In this document: piece after piece, positions 10,116 to 19,903 of the stretch
Numbering within the stretch: position 1 is the stretch's first letter
Layout of the letters: every line of letters starts with the position of its first letter
Origin: Candidatus Velthaea sp.
GTDB taxonomy: Bacteria; Vulcanimicrobiota; Vulcanimicrobiia; Vulcanimicrobiales; Vulcanimicrobiaceae
NCBI GenBank assembly: GCA_046262475.1
Contig: JBHEMQ010000003.1
Coordinates: 1 to 55,783, forward strand
Length of the DNA stretch: 55,783 nucleotides
Direction of reading: 5' to 3'
Program-made: the position numbers and the translations under genes
The notes under the pieces: model-generated
Databases searched by the model: none
What the model was told of the DNA's origin: nothing
Seen by the model: only the letters and a program-made list of their open reading frames with translations

Positions 10116-10129
10116 AACCTGACGATCGC

Positions 10130-13048
10130 ATGGTGCACCATCGTTTCGCTGACACGCGCGCCGCCGCACAGGTGTCTCGCGCCATGGAAAATATCGCCAC
10201 GGCGCCCGTGGCGCCGGGCGAACGGAAGCCGGCGCTGTGGCTGTGCATTGCGCTCGTTGCCGGCTGCATTGCCATCGTACCGTTTTCGACCCGACCGTTT
10301 GCGCAGATTCCGGCCGTCGTTCCGGCGCTGGTCGGCGCAGCGGTGCTCGCACAGCTGCTGACGGCCGTGCTGCTGTTCGTCCAGTGGCGGATTTCGCGCC
10401 AAGCGCAGCTGGCGCTGCTCGCGATCGCGTTCGCCGGCGGTGCGATCGTGGAGTCGGCATGGGCGCTGGCGTATCCGAACGTTTTTTCGCCGCAGGGCCT
10501 GCTCGGCGCAAAGACCAACACCGTCGGCTGGCTCTTCGTGCTGCAGCACGGTTCGTTCGCGACCTTGATCGTCGCTTGTGCCTTGCTCGAGCGCACCCGT
10601 GAGGCGGTCTCACGACGCACCGTACGCATCTTCGGCGTCAGCTTCTTCGTCGTGGTTCTCGCCGCGGTGTATGCCGCGATCGCGGTGGGGGACCGTTTGC
10701 CGGCGTCCGTCGTCGGAAACACGATCACGCCCCTGTGGCGGAACGTCGTCGCGCCGCTGCTCATTGCGGAATTCGCGCTCGCGATCGGTCTGCTCGCGGC
10801 AACCGGCGTTCGGACGGTGGCGCACGTGTGGCTGATCGCGGTGTGCCTCGCGTACGCGGCCGAAGTCTTTGCCGGCACCATGATCGCCGGCTCGCGTTTT
10901 TCGATCGGATGGTACGCGGGCCGCGCGGCCGACCTCGCCGGATCGTTCACTCTGCTCGTCGTCTTCTTGTTCAAGATCAACGATCTGCTCGTGCGCTTGT
11001 CCTCGCGGAACCGGACGTTGACGGAGCGCAGTCAGAGCGATGCGATAGCGATCGCCGAAGGCGAGGAGCGATACCGTTCGCTTGCCAACGCGGTGCCGCA
11101 GCTGATTTGGGCCACCGATGCCTCCGGCAACGTTCAGTACGTCAACGACCGCTGGGTCGCGTATATCGGGCACGGTCCGGGCGAAGCCGGCGGCGACGCG
11201 TTGTCCGACGCCATCCATTCCGATCACCGCGCGGACTGGAACGAACGCTGGGGCCGGTCGCTGCGCACCGGCAAATCGTTTTCAGCCGAATACCGCCTGC
11301 GCGAGGGCACCACGGGCGACTATCGCTGGTTCTTGGTCAACGCGATTGCGGCGCGCGACTGGCGCGGCGTTATCGTACGCTGGATCGGCACGTGCACGGA
11401 CATCGACATCGCGAAACGGCTCGAAGAACGTGAGGCGTTCTTAGCCAGTGCCGGTGACCGCCTCGCGGAATCGCTCAGCGTTGCCACGACGCTCGGAACG
11501 ATTCGCGACCTCGCGGTTTCGCGCTTGTGCGATTGGTGCAAAATCGATCTGATCGACGACGACGGACGGTTCGTCGTGGCCGCGTCCGACAGCACTGACC
11601 CCGAAGAGGGATCCGCCCTTTCAGCACTGCTAGCTCGTCCGGTGGAATCGCCGGCGCAGGCCACGCTCGCGGCGATCGCGGCGTCCGGCGAACCGGTGGT
11701 GATACGCGATCCGGCGATGTTGGCCGAAACGCTGGGCGTCACTACCACCGTCGACGTTCGCAACCATTTGCGTTCGCGTACGGCGATCGTCGTGCCGCTG
11801 TTGACGGGCGAGGACCGCATCGGCACGCTTTCCCTCGTGTATCATGCCGACCGGCGTTTGACGAATGGCGACATCGCGCTCGCGCGCGAGTTCGCGCGGC
11901 GTGCGGCGCTCTCGCTCGCGCACGCGCGGCTGTACGAGCGCGAGCGCACGACGGCCGATGCGCTGCAGCGCGCGATGCTTCCGGCGCAGCTGCCGATTTT
12001 GCCCGACCTGCGATTTTCGGCAAGCTATTCGGCCGCGAGCGAATCACAGCGCGTCGGCGGCGATTTTTACGATGCGTTCACGCTGCCCGACGGACGTGTG
12101 GCCGTAACGATCGGCGACGTCACGGGTCACGGGCTCGAAGCCGCGGTCATCATGGGCGAGATCCGTCAAGCCCTCCGCGCCGCGTCGTTCGATCGCTCCG
12201 AGCCGTCGGCGATCTTAGATCGCGCGAGCCGGCTGCTCGTCGCCAGCGGCCGCACCGTGTTCGTAACGGCGATCTTCGGCGTGCTCGACACGGAAACCGG
12301 GATGTTCGCGTACTCGACGGCCGGTCATCCGCCGCCATTGCTGTTCGACGGAGCGCGCGTTGTGCGGCTCGCGAGTTCCGGTCTGCCGATCGGCTTGCGC
12401 GAAGACGACGGCGTCGATTTTTCTTTGGTGCTGCACGCTCCGTGCACCCTGATTCTATATACGGACGGTTTGCTCGAATTCGGCCGCGATCTCGACGAAG
12501 GCGAACGGCGCATCGAAGCGGCGGTCGGCGCGCTGGCGCCGGCTGCACCCGATCATTTGGCGAGCGCGATCATGAAGCGCGTCCTCGCGAACGATCAGGC
12601 GACGGACGATATCGCAATATTGACGGCGACCATCGCGCGTTTTGCGAAGCAACTCCCGGGCGATACGCGCACGTGGCGGTTTTTGTCGACCGACGCGCGC
12701 GCCGCGGCGATTGCGCGCCGCGAGATCGGCGAACTCGTCGCGCGAACGCACCCAGGGGAGCGCTTCGCGGCGGAGCTCGCCTTCGGCGAGCTCGTCGCGA
12801 ACGTCGTGCGGTATGCGCCGGGGCCGCTGACGGCACGCTGCGCCCTCGATCCCGATGGTGCGGCGTCCATCTCCGTCGAGGACACCGGGCACGGGTTCAC
12901 CGGCGCGCCGTCCGCGGCAGCCGCCGATGAGTTCGCCGAGCGCGGGCGCGGTATCGCGCTGCTGCGCGCGCTTTGCGAAGACGTGCGGATCGGCAAAGCT
13001 GCCGGCGGCGGAGCCAGCGTGAGCGTGCGTGTGAGCGGCGCGCGTTAG
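10130..13048 (+). CDS. Membrane sensor: polytopic MASE-like domain, PAS, GAF, PP2C (SpoIIE) phosphatase and RsbW/SpoIIAB-like HATPase
   Basis: 972 aa with about 8 N-terminal TM helices. PAS: ERYRSLANAVPQLIWATD...YRWFLV. PP2C: GGDFYDAF...GDVTGHGLEAAVIMG. C-terminal kinase boxes: GELVANVVRYA, DTGHGF, GRGIALL. An alternative start is the ATG at 10184. Confidence 0.85.
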   Translation: MVHHRFADTRAAAQVSRAMENIATAPVAPGERKPALWLCIALVAGCIAIVPFSTRPFAQIPAVVPALVGAAVLAQLLTAVLLFVQWRISRQAQLALLAIAFAGGAIVESAWALAYPNVFSPQGLLGAKTNTVGWLFVLQHGSFATLIVACALLERTREAVSRRTVRIFGVSFFVVVLAAVYAAIAVGDRLPASVVGNTITPLWRNVVAPLLIAEFALAIGLLAATGVRTVAHVWLIAVCLAYAAEVFAGTMIAGSRFSIGWYAGRAADLAGSFTLLVVFLFKINDLLVRLSSRNRTLTERSQSDAIAIAEGEERYRSLANAVPQLIWATDASGNVQYVNDRWVAYIGHGPGEAGGDALSDAIHSDHRADWNERWGRSLRTGKSFSAEYRLREGTTGDYRWFLVNAIAARDWRGVIVRWIGTCTDIDIAKRLEEREAFLASAGDRLAESLSVATTLGTIRDLAVSRLCDWCKIDLIDDDGRFVVAASDSTDPEEGSALSALLARPVESPAQATLAAIAASGEPVVIRDPAMLAETLGVTTTVDVRNHLRSRTAIVVPLLTGEDRIGTLSLVYHADRRLTNGDIALAREFARRAALSLAHARLYERERTTADALQRAMLPAQLPILPDLRFSASYSAASESQRVGGDFYDAFTLPDGRVAVTIGDVTGHGLEAAVIMGEIRQALRAASFDRSEPSAILDRASRLLVASGRTVFVTAIFGVLDTETGMFAYSTAGHPPPLLFDGARVVRLASSGLPIGLREDDGVDFSLVLHAPCTLILYTDGLLEFGRDLDEGERRIEAAVGALAPAAPDHLASAIMKRVLANDQATDDIAILTATIARFAKQLPGDTRTWRFLSTDARAAAIARREIGELVARTHPGERFAAELAFGELVANVVRYAPGPLTARCALDPDGAASISVEDTGHGFTGAPSAAAADEFAERGRGIALLRALCEDVRIGKAAGGGASVSVRVSGAR

Positions 13049-13416
13049 CGCTGCGGGATCATATTTTCGCGCGCGAACGCCATTGCCGCTTCGGCGCCGT
13101 CGAACACGCTCAGCTTGGCCTTCAGACCGGACATATCGAAGATGACGCGCGCCGACGGCAGCGCCGGTAAAATGATGGCGAGCCGCTGGCGGTTTTTCGA
13201 CAGACGCGCAGCCAGCAAGCCCACGGCGTGAATCGTGCGGCTGTCGAAGTACGTCACGTTGGCAAGCGACACGACGACGACGCCGCGGTTGTATTCCGCG
13301 GCTTCCGCGAACAGCGACTCGAAGCCGTCGACGTTGGTCATGTCGATCTCACCGGCCGCCGCGACAACCGGAACGTCGTCAATAAGACGTAGCTCAAAGC
13401 GCGCCTGATCGGTCAT
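13045..13416 (-). CDS. STAS-domain anti-sigma-factor antagonist (RsbV/SpoIIAA-like)
   Basis: Track ORF 13045-13560 trimmed to the ATG at 13416, which overlaps the stop of the upstream sensor (ATGA). The sequence is MTDQARFELRLIDDVPVVAAAGEIDMTNV...VTYFDSRTIHAVG (DS phospho-site context). Confidence 0.85.
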   Translation of the reverse strand: MTDQARFELRLIDDVPVVAAAGEIDMTNVDGFESLFAEAAEYNRGVVVVSLANVTYFDSRTIHAVGLLAARLSKNRQRLAIILPALPSARVIFDMSGLKAKLSVFDGAEAAMAFARENMIPQR

Positions 13417-16112
13417 GTCCTCGCACGTTCTTCCACGGTGACCGGGAAGGTCATGCGAACGACGGTTCCGCCCGCACCGCTTTCGATGTGCACGTCGGCG
13501 GCTAGCGCCCGCATGATCGGCACGCCGCGGCCGCGGCCTTCGTTGCGCGGTGCGCGCCACTGGCCCGTGTCCGTGATCTCCACTTCGAGCGCGGCGCCGG
13601 TCTCGACGGCGCGAACCGAAAAGCGTCCGCTGCCGATGCCGTAGGCGTGCTCGATCGCGTTCGCGACCGCCTCGCCGGCGGCCACTTCGAGTGCGAAGCG
13701 CCGATCGGCGTCGAAGCCGTACGCCGCAGCGAAGCGTTCGAGCGCCAGCCGGACGATGCGTGCGCTTTCCGGGACCGCGGAAAGCTCGAGCATCAGCGGT
13801 TCGCGCGCGAGACGCTTGGTCGCCAGCGTGAGCACCGCGATGTCGTCCGCCGCCGGGCGCATTTCAACCAGCTCGCGATAGATCGCACCCGCGCTGAGCC
13901 GGCCGTTGCGCATGGCGTTTGCGACGGCTTCGCGCAAGCGCCGCAAACCGCCGACGACATCGCGGTCCAGCTCGATCAATCCGTCGGTGTAGAGAACGAG
14001 GAGCGCATCGTCGGGCAGGGCGATCGACTTTTGCTGGGGAGCGATCTCCTCGAATATGCCGAGCGGAATTCCCTCGAGTTCGAGGCTCTCGATGTCGCCG
14101 CCCGGATGCGCCAGAAGCGGCGGCGGATGCCCCGCGTTCGAAAACGTCAGCGTCCGCGCGAGCGGGTGCGCGACGGCGACGAACGCGGTCACCATCGACG
14201 CCGCCTCGCTCAGACGCAGCACCCGTTGTGCCGCGGCTAAAATTTGCGCCGGGGCGAGACCTTGCAGCGCGAACGCGCGAATCGCTTCCCGCACGCGACC
14301 CATGACGACCGCGGCATGGAGACCGCGCCCCGCGACGTCGCCGATGGAAAGCACGACGCGCCCGTCGGCGAGTTGGAAGGCGTCGTACCAGTCGCCGCCG
14401 ATCGCGGATTCGCCGGCGGCCGGCGCATACACCGCGTCGAATTCGAGTCCCGGTATGCGCGGGAGCGTCGCCGGCAAGAACGCCGATTGCAGCGCATCGG
14501 CGACGCGCCGCTCGCGGTCGTACGCTCGCGCGTTTTCGACGGCGATCGTGGCGCGGCGCGCCAGCTCGCGCGCGATTTCGTAATCCTCCGGCTCGAAATT
14601 GCGCCCGGATTCGTTGTGTATCAGAACGATCGCGCCGATCGTGCGGATGCCGCTGCGCATCGGCACGCAAATCGCGGCACCGAAACTGAGGCTTTCGAGA
14701 ATTCGCGAGTGGGTGTCATCCTGTGCGAACGTCCGCCGCGCGACCGGATCGTCGAAGCCGGCGGACTGCAGTTCGCCGGTGCGGATCGCCGCCGCGACGA
14801 TGTCGCCGGAATGCAGCGTGCGTGTGTAGCGCCGTTCCATCGCCCACGCGCGGTGCAGCCGTGCGGGATCGTCGTGCTCGAGCGCGAGCGTGCGGATGCG
14901 CTCGTCGCCTTCGAGCAAGAACACCGCGCAATAATCGGCCAGCGAGGGAACCGCGAGGTGTGCCAGCGCTTTGCAGGTCCCTTCGACGTCGAGCGTTTCG
15001 GTCAACGAATCGGCCGCGCGCGCGAGAAACGTCAGCTGATCTTGCGCGCGCTTGCGCGCGTCGATGTCCGTCGAGGTCCCGAGCCAGCGGAGGACGTTGC
15101 CCTGCGGGTCCGTTTGCGCGACGGCGCGACTCAAAAACCAGCGGAACACTCCGGACGCGGACCGCAACCGGACCTCGGCCTCGTATGTTTCCTCGCTCCG
15201 CCGGCCCGAAGCCACCCATGCGAGAAAACTGTTGCGACGGTCCGCCGGGTGAAGCCGTTGCGTGAACGCACCGCGAATCGGATCGCCGAGCGTCATGCCG
15301 GTGTACGCGTACCAGCGCTCGTTGAAATACTCTATGCGCGCTTGTGCGTCGCAGGTCCAAACGATTTGTGGAATCGACGCCGTTAGGTAACGATAGCGCT
15401 CTTCGGACTCGAGCATCGATGCTTCGGCGGTCTTACGTTCGGTGATGTCGAGATTGATGCCGACGAAGCGTCGCACCACGCCGCGCGCGTCCGACACGGG
15501 AACGCCGCGCGTCAGTACCCAACGGCGCTCGCCGGCGGCAGCTACGACGTCGTGCTCCCATTCGAACGGCCGGCCGTGGGCCGCGGCGGCACGCTCGGCG
15601 AGCGGCGCAAACGCGCTTCCGTCGATGCGCCCGGCGCCGAGTATCGCCAAGTACGAAGGGCTTACATACAGCATCTCGCCGTCCGTCGTTGCGGACCACA
15701 CGCCGTACGGAATCGCATCGCCGATGGCCCGATACTGCGCCTCGGACGTTTCCACGCGCCGGCGCATCGCGCGCCGCAGCAGCGTTACCAGTACGACCGG
15801 TGAAACGTACGCGATGGCGAGTGAAAGCGCCGCTTCGAATAGCGTCTCGCCCGCCGTTTGATAACCGCCCGGGACTTCTTCCCATGCGACGCCGGCCGCA
15901 AGTGCCAGCGCGAGCGGCAACGATACCGCCAGCGGAAGCAGCCACGCGAGCATCGCCACGGGTACGATTTCCAGCGTCGCCAACTGCATGCGCACGAGGT
16001 ACCGGTCCGCGCCGGCAATGGCCACCGCAGTGGCGCACGCCGCAATGATGAGGACGGCACGTATCCAAGGCGTCATGCGATCCGGCAGGCCGAGCATCTT
16101 CGTCTCAAGCAT
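13413..16112 (-). CDS. Membrane sensor: TM region, 2x PAS, GAF, PP2C phosphatase and RsbW-like HATPase
   Basis: 899 aa. Two PAS modules: AQYRAIGDAIPYGVWSAT and ERYRYLTASIPQIVWTCD. PP2C: GGDWYDAF...GDVAGRGLHAAVVMG. Kinase boxes: GEAVANAIEHA, DTGQW, GRGVPIM. Confidence 0.85.
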   Translation of the reverse strand: MLETKMLGLPDRMTPWIRAVLIIAACATAVAIAGADRYLVRMQLATLEIVPVAMLAWLLPLAVSLPLALALAAGVAWEEVPGGYQTAGETLFEAALSLAIAYVSPVVLVTLLRRAMRRRVETSEAQYRAIGDAIPYGVWSATTDGEMLYVSPSYLAILGAGRIDGSAFAPLAERAAAAHGRPFEWEHDVVAAAGERRWVLTRGVPVSDARGVVRRFVGINLDITERKTAEASMLESEERYRYLTASIPQIVWTCDAQARIEYFNERWYAYTGMTLGDPIRGAFTQRLHPADRRNSFLAWVASGRRSEETYEAEVRLRSASGVFRWFLSRAVAQTDPQGNVLRWLGTSTDIDARKRAQDQLTFLARAADSLTETLDVEGTCKALAHLAVPSLADYCAVFLLEGDERIRTLALEHDDPARLHRAWAMERRYTRTLHSGDIVAAAIRTGELQSAGFDDPVARRTFAQDDTHSRILESLSFGAAICVPMRSGIRTIGAIVLIHNESGRNFEPEDYEIARELARRATIAVENARAYDRERRVADALQSAFLPATLPRIPGLEFDAVYAPAAGESAIGGDWYDAFQLADGRVVLSIGDVAGRGLHAAVVMGRVREAIRAFALQGLAPAQILAAAQRVLRLSEAASMVTAFVAVAHPLARTLTFSNAGHPPPLLAHPGGDIESLELEGIPLGIFEEIAPQQKSIALPDDALLVLYTDGLIELDRDVVGGLRRLREAVANAMRNGRLSAGAIYRELVEMRPAADDIAVLTLATKRLAREPLMLELSAVPESARIVRLALERFAAAYGFDADRRFALEVAAGEAVANAIEHAYGIGSGRFSVRAVETGAALEVEITDTGQWRAPRNEGRGRGVPIMRALAADVHIESGAGGTVVRMTFPVTVEERART

Positions 16113-16174
16113 ACCGCCGGTGCGCCTGATATCCTCGCGCGGGCGCGCGGACCTCGTTTGCTGCTGCGGGATCG

Positions 16175-18259
16175 ATGGAGGCGGTTGTGAGGGTCGGGAT
16201 CGACGTCGGCGGAACGTTCACCGATCTCGTCGCGCTCGACGAGCGCGCCGGGGCGATGATTCGCCTCAAGGTGGCGACGACGCCTACGGCGCCTGAGTGC
16301 GGCGTGTTCGTCGCGGTGGAACGGATGCTGGCCGCCTTACCGTCCGGCGCAACACCGGCGCTCGTCGCGCACTCCTCGACGATTGCCACCAACGCGCTGC
16401 TCGGTCAAGTGAACCTCGAATTGCCGCGCGTCGCGCTCGTCACGACCGAAGGTTTTCGCGACGTCCTCGAAATCGGACGGCAGAACCGCAGCGAAGTGTA
16501 CAATCTGTTCGTGCAGCGGCCGCGCCCGCTCGTCACGCGCGAGGATCGCCTTACGGTGCGCGAACGCGTCGGGCCCTTCGGCGAAGTGCTCGAACCGCTG
16601 GATTCGGCATCGGTGGATGCCGTCGTGCGCGCGCTGCGCGAGCGCGACGTGGGCGCGGTCGCCGTCGGTTTGTTGAACGCGTATGTCGACGATACGCACG
16701 AGCGTGCCGTCGGCGCAGCGATCGCCGCCGCAGTGCCCGCACTGCACGTCACGTTATCGTCCGAGATCGACCGGGAGTATCGCGAGTACGAGCGCCTCTC
16801 GACGTCCGTCGTCAACGCCGCGCTCGTCCCGCTCGTGCGCCGCTATCTGCTCGCACTCGCGGACGGGCTGCGAACGCGCGGCATTGCGGCGCCGCTGTAC
16901 GTGATGCAGTCGAACGGCGGCATGGCGGGCGTCGAACAGGCGGCACGACGTCCGATCACCATCATCGAAAGCGGACCGGCGAGCGGCGTCATCGCTGCGG
17001 CATTTCTCGCGCGAGCGCTCGGCATCGACGACGTGCTCTCGTTCGACATGGGCGGCACGACGGCGAAAGCGGGGACCGTCTTCCACGGCGAGCCCGAAGT
17101 CGTCGGTGAGTTCGAGGCCGCCGGGCGCACGCACAGCGGACGCTCGGTCAAGGGCAGCGGTTATCCCGTACGGTTTCCGTTCGTCGATCTTGCGGAGGTG
17201 AGCGCCGGCGGCGGCACGATCGCATGGATCGATGCCGGCGGCGCGCTGCGCGTCGGACCGTTGTCGGCCGGCGCCGACCCCGGGCCGGCCGCGTACGGCA
17301 CCGGCGATCGCGCCACCGTGACCGACGCGAACATCGTTCTGGGGCGACTCAACCCGATAGCGCTGCTCGGCGGAACGTTTCCCGTCTACGCGGATCGTGC
17401 GCGCGCCGCCGTCGGCGCCGTCGCGGCGGAATTGTCGATGGATCTCGCGCGTTGTGCCGCCGGCGTCGTGCACCTGGTCGACGTGGAAATGGCGAAGGTG
17501 CTGCGCATCGTCTCCATCGAGCGCGGCTACGATCCGCGAACGTTCACGCTCATGGCATTCGGCGGCGGCGGACCGCTGCATGCATGCGCTCTCGCCGACG
17601 AACTCAGCATCGGGCGGATCGTCGTCCCGCCGCATCCCGGCGTCTTTTCCGCCTTCGGTTTGCTCGCCGCCGACGTGCGCGCGACGTTCGTGCGCCCGAT
17701 CGTGCAGCGCCACGACGAGGCCGACGAAGCGATGCTGGAAGCGGCATTCGCCGTCATGGAAGCGCAGGGCCGCGACGAACTGCGCGCGCAAGGCGTCACG
17801 GACGCCGGCACAACCTTCGCGCGCGAATACGACATGCGCTACGAAGGTCAAAGTTTTGAGCTGACCGTGCCGTACGCGCGCGCGCCGGCGGACGCCGTTG
17901 CGGCGTTTCACGGCAAGCACGAGCGCACGTTCGGGTACGCATCGCGCGACGAAGCTGTTGAAATCGTCAATGCGCGCGTCGTCGCCGTCGGGGTCCTGCC
18001 GAAGCCGCCGCTCCGTGCGCAAGAGGCGGTTGCAACGACGGAGCCGCCGGCGACCGCAGTGCGGGAACGCCGCGGCCTCTGGACGGGCGCGGGCTACGCT
18101 GATGCGCCGGTGTACGAACGGACGGCGCTGCGGCAAGGCGACCGTTTCGCGGGTCCGTGCGTTGTCGAGCAATACGACGCGGCAACGTACGTCGCACCGG
18201 GCTGGACGTGCCGCGTGGACGCGCTAAGCAACCTCGATCTGCGGCGGCACGCGGCTTGA
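16175..18259 (+). CDS. hyuA: Hydantoinase/oxoprolinase family protein, A subunit
   Basis: 694 aa with the N-terminal motif VRVGIDVGGTFTDLV and the later motif SFDMGGTTAK. Confidence 0.9.
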   Translation: MEAVVRVGIDVGGTFTDLVALDERAGAMIRLKVATTPTAPECGVFVAVERMLAALPSGATPALVAHSSTIATNALLGQVNLELPRVALVTTEGFRDVLEIGRQNRSEVYNLFVQRPRPLVTREDRLTVRERVGPFGEVLEPLDSASVDAVVRALRERDVGAVAVGLLNAYVDDTHERAVGAAIAAAVPALHVTLSSEIDREYREYERLSTSVVNAALVPLVRRYLLALADGLRTRGIAAPLYVMQSNGGMAGVEQAARRPITIIESGPASGVIAAAFLARALGIDDVLSFDMGGTTAKAGTVFHGEPEVVGEFEAAGRTHSGRSVKGSGYPVRFPFVDLAEVSAGGGTIAWIDAGGALRVGPLSAGADPGPAAYGTGDRATVTDANIVLGRLNPIALLGGTFPVYADRARAAVGAVAAELSMDLARCAAGVVHLVDVEMAKVLRIVSIERGYDPRTFTLMAFGGGGPLHACALADELSIGRIVVPPHPGVFSAFGLLAADVRATFVRPIVQRHDEADEAMLEAAFAVMEAQGRDELRAQGVTDAGTTFAREYDMRYEGQSFELTVPYARAPADAVAAFHGKHERTFGYASRDEAVEIVNARVVAVGVLPKPPLRAQEAVATTEPPATAVRERRGLWTGAGYADAPVYERTALRQGDRFAGPCVVEQYDAATYVAPGWTCRVDALSNLDLRRHAA

Positions 18260-19857
18260 CGGCGCACGCGGCAGCGGACCCGATCGTCACCGAGGTGATC
18301 AAGAGTTCGCTCGTCTACGCCAGCGAAGAGATGGGCATCGCGGTCCGCAACAGCGCGTACTCGCCCAACATCAAGGAGCGCCTCGATCATTCGTGCGCGC
18401 TGTTCGATGCACGAGGACGCTTGATCGCGCAGGCCGAGCACATCCCGGTTCACCTCGGGTCGCTGCCTTGGGGGCTGCGCGAAACGCTTGCCGAGATCGC
18501 GCGCCGCGGAGACGCGCCCGCGCCGGGCGACATGTGGGTCGTCAACGATCCGTATACGTCCGGCACACATCTCAACGACGTCACGGTCGTCCGGCCGATT
18601 TTTGCGAGCGCCGCCCTCGCCGGCTACGCGGCGAACAAGGCGCATCACACGGACGTCGGCGGCGGCGTGCCGGGGTCCATGTCCGCCGACGCGCGCGAGT
18701 TGTTCGCCGAAGGCTTGATCGTGCCGCCGATGCGGCTCATGCGCGAGCACCGCGTGGTCGACGACGTCGTCGCGCTCTTTCGCGCGAATTCGCGCACGCC
18801 GGCGGCGCGCAGCGGCGATTTGAAGGCGCAAATCGCCGGCAACCTCACCGGCGAACGCCGGCTGCTCGAAGTGGTTGCGCGCTACGGCCGCGCAGTATTC
18901 GACGCCGCCGTCGACCGCATTCTCGACGATAGCGAACGGCGGCTCACGGCCGCACTCCGCGACGTGCGCGAAGGTGTCGTGGAGGTTGAAGATTTTCTCG
19001 AGGACGCGGACGGCGCGCCGTCGATACGCATCGCGCTGCGCCTCGAACACCGTGCCGGCCGCATGCTCCTCGATTATCAAGGGACCTCGTCCCAACTCGA
19101 CGTTCCCCTGAACGCGGTGTACGGCGTCACGCTTTCGGGCGCGTACTACGCAATTCGCGCCGTGACGGATCCGACGATTCCGATGAACGACGGCTGCTTC
19201 CGGCCGATCGGCGTCGATGCGCCGGCCGGGACGCTGTTGAATCCGCGGCGGCCGGCGCCGGTGTCGGGCGGTAATGTCGAAACGTCCACGCGGAACGCCG
19301 AAGTCGTGCTGCAGGCGCTTGCGCTGCTCGCGCCGGGGCGTGTGCCGGCGATGTCGGCGGGGACGATGAGCAACGTCATGATGGGCGGCCGCGACGAAGA
19401 CGGCCGCAGTTGGGCCTTCTATGAAACGAACGGCGGCGGCATGGGAGCGCGGCCGAACGCGGACGGCATCGACGGCATCCACACGCACATGACCAATACG
19501 CTCAACACACCGATCGAGGCGATCGAACGCTATTATCCGCTGCTCGTGACCCGCTACGAATTCGCCGATGGTACCGGCGGCTCCGGCCGGTATCGCGGCG
19601 GACGCGGGATCGTGCGTGCGCTGCAGCTGCGCAACGGAACGGCGACGGCGTCGCTCTTGGCGGAGCGCCACACGCTGAGGCCCAAGGGCAGCGCCGGCGG
19701 CGGCGATGCGGCCTGCGGCCGCCATACGCTCGTGCGCGACGGCACCGAAACGACGCTTCCCGCAAAAACAACGGTGACGCTCCGGCCGGGCGACACCGTC
19801 GTCGTGCAAACGCCGGGCGGCGGCGGCTACGGCGCGTCCGAAACGGTCTCGAGCTGA
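18256..19857 (+). CDS. hyuB: Hydantoinase B/oxoprolinase family protein
   Basis: Track ORF 18157-19857 trimmed to the in-frame TTG at 18256, which overlaps the hyuA stop (TTGA). The N-terminus ...DPIVTEVIKSSLVYASEEMG is typical of the family. Confidence 0.85.
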   Translation: MTAHAAADPIVTEVIKSSLVYASEEMGIAVRNSAYSPNIKERLDHSCALFDARGRLIAQAEHIPVHLGSLPWGLRETLAEIARRGDAPAPGDMWVVNDPYTSGTHLNDVTVVRPIFASAALAGYAANKAHHTDVGGGVPGSMSADARELFAEGLIVPPMRLMREHRVVDDVVALFRANSRTPAARSGDLKAQIAGNLTGERRLLEVVARYGRAVFDAAVDRILDDSERRLTAALRDVREGVVEVEDFLEDADGAPSIRIALRLEHRAGRMLLDYQGTSSQLDVPLNAVYGVTLSGAYYAIRAVTDPTIPMNDGCFRPIGVDAPAGTLLNPRRPAPVSGGNVETSTRNAEVVLQALALLAPGRVPAMSAGTMSNVMMGGRDEDGRSWAFYETNGGGMGARPNADGIDGIHTHMTNTLNTPIEAIERYYPLLVTRYEFADGTGGSGRYRGGRGIVRALQLRNGTATASLLAERHTLRPKGSAGGGDAACGRHTLVRDGTETTLPAKTTVTLRPGDTVVVQTPGGGGYGASETVSS

Positions 19858-19903
19858 CGCGCGCTCGGCGGGACCTGCCGCGGTCGCGCGCCAAAGCGGA
19901 GCG

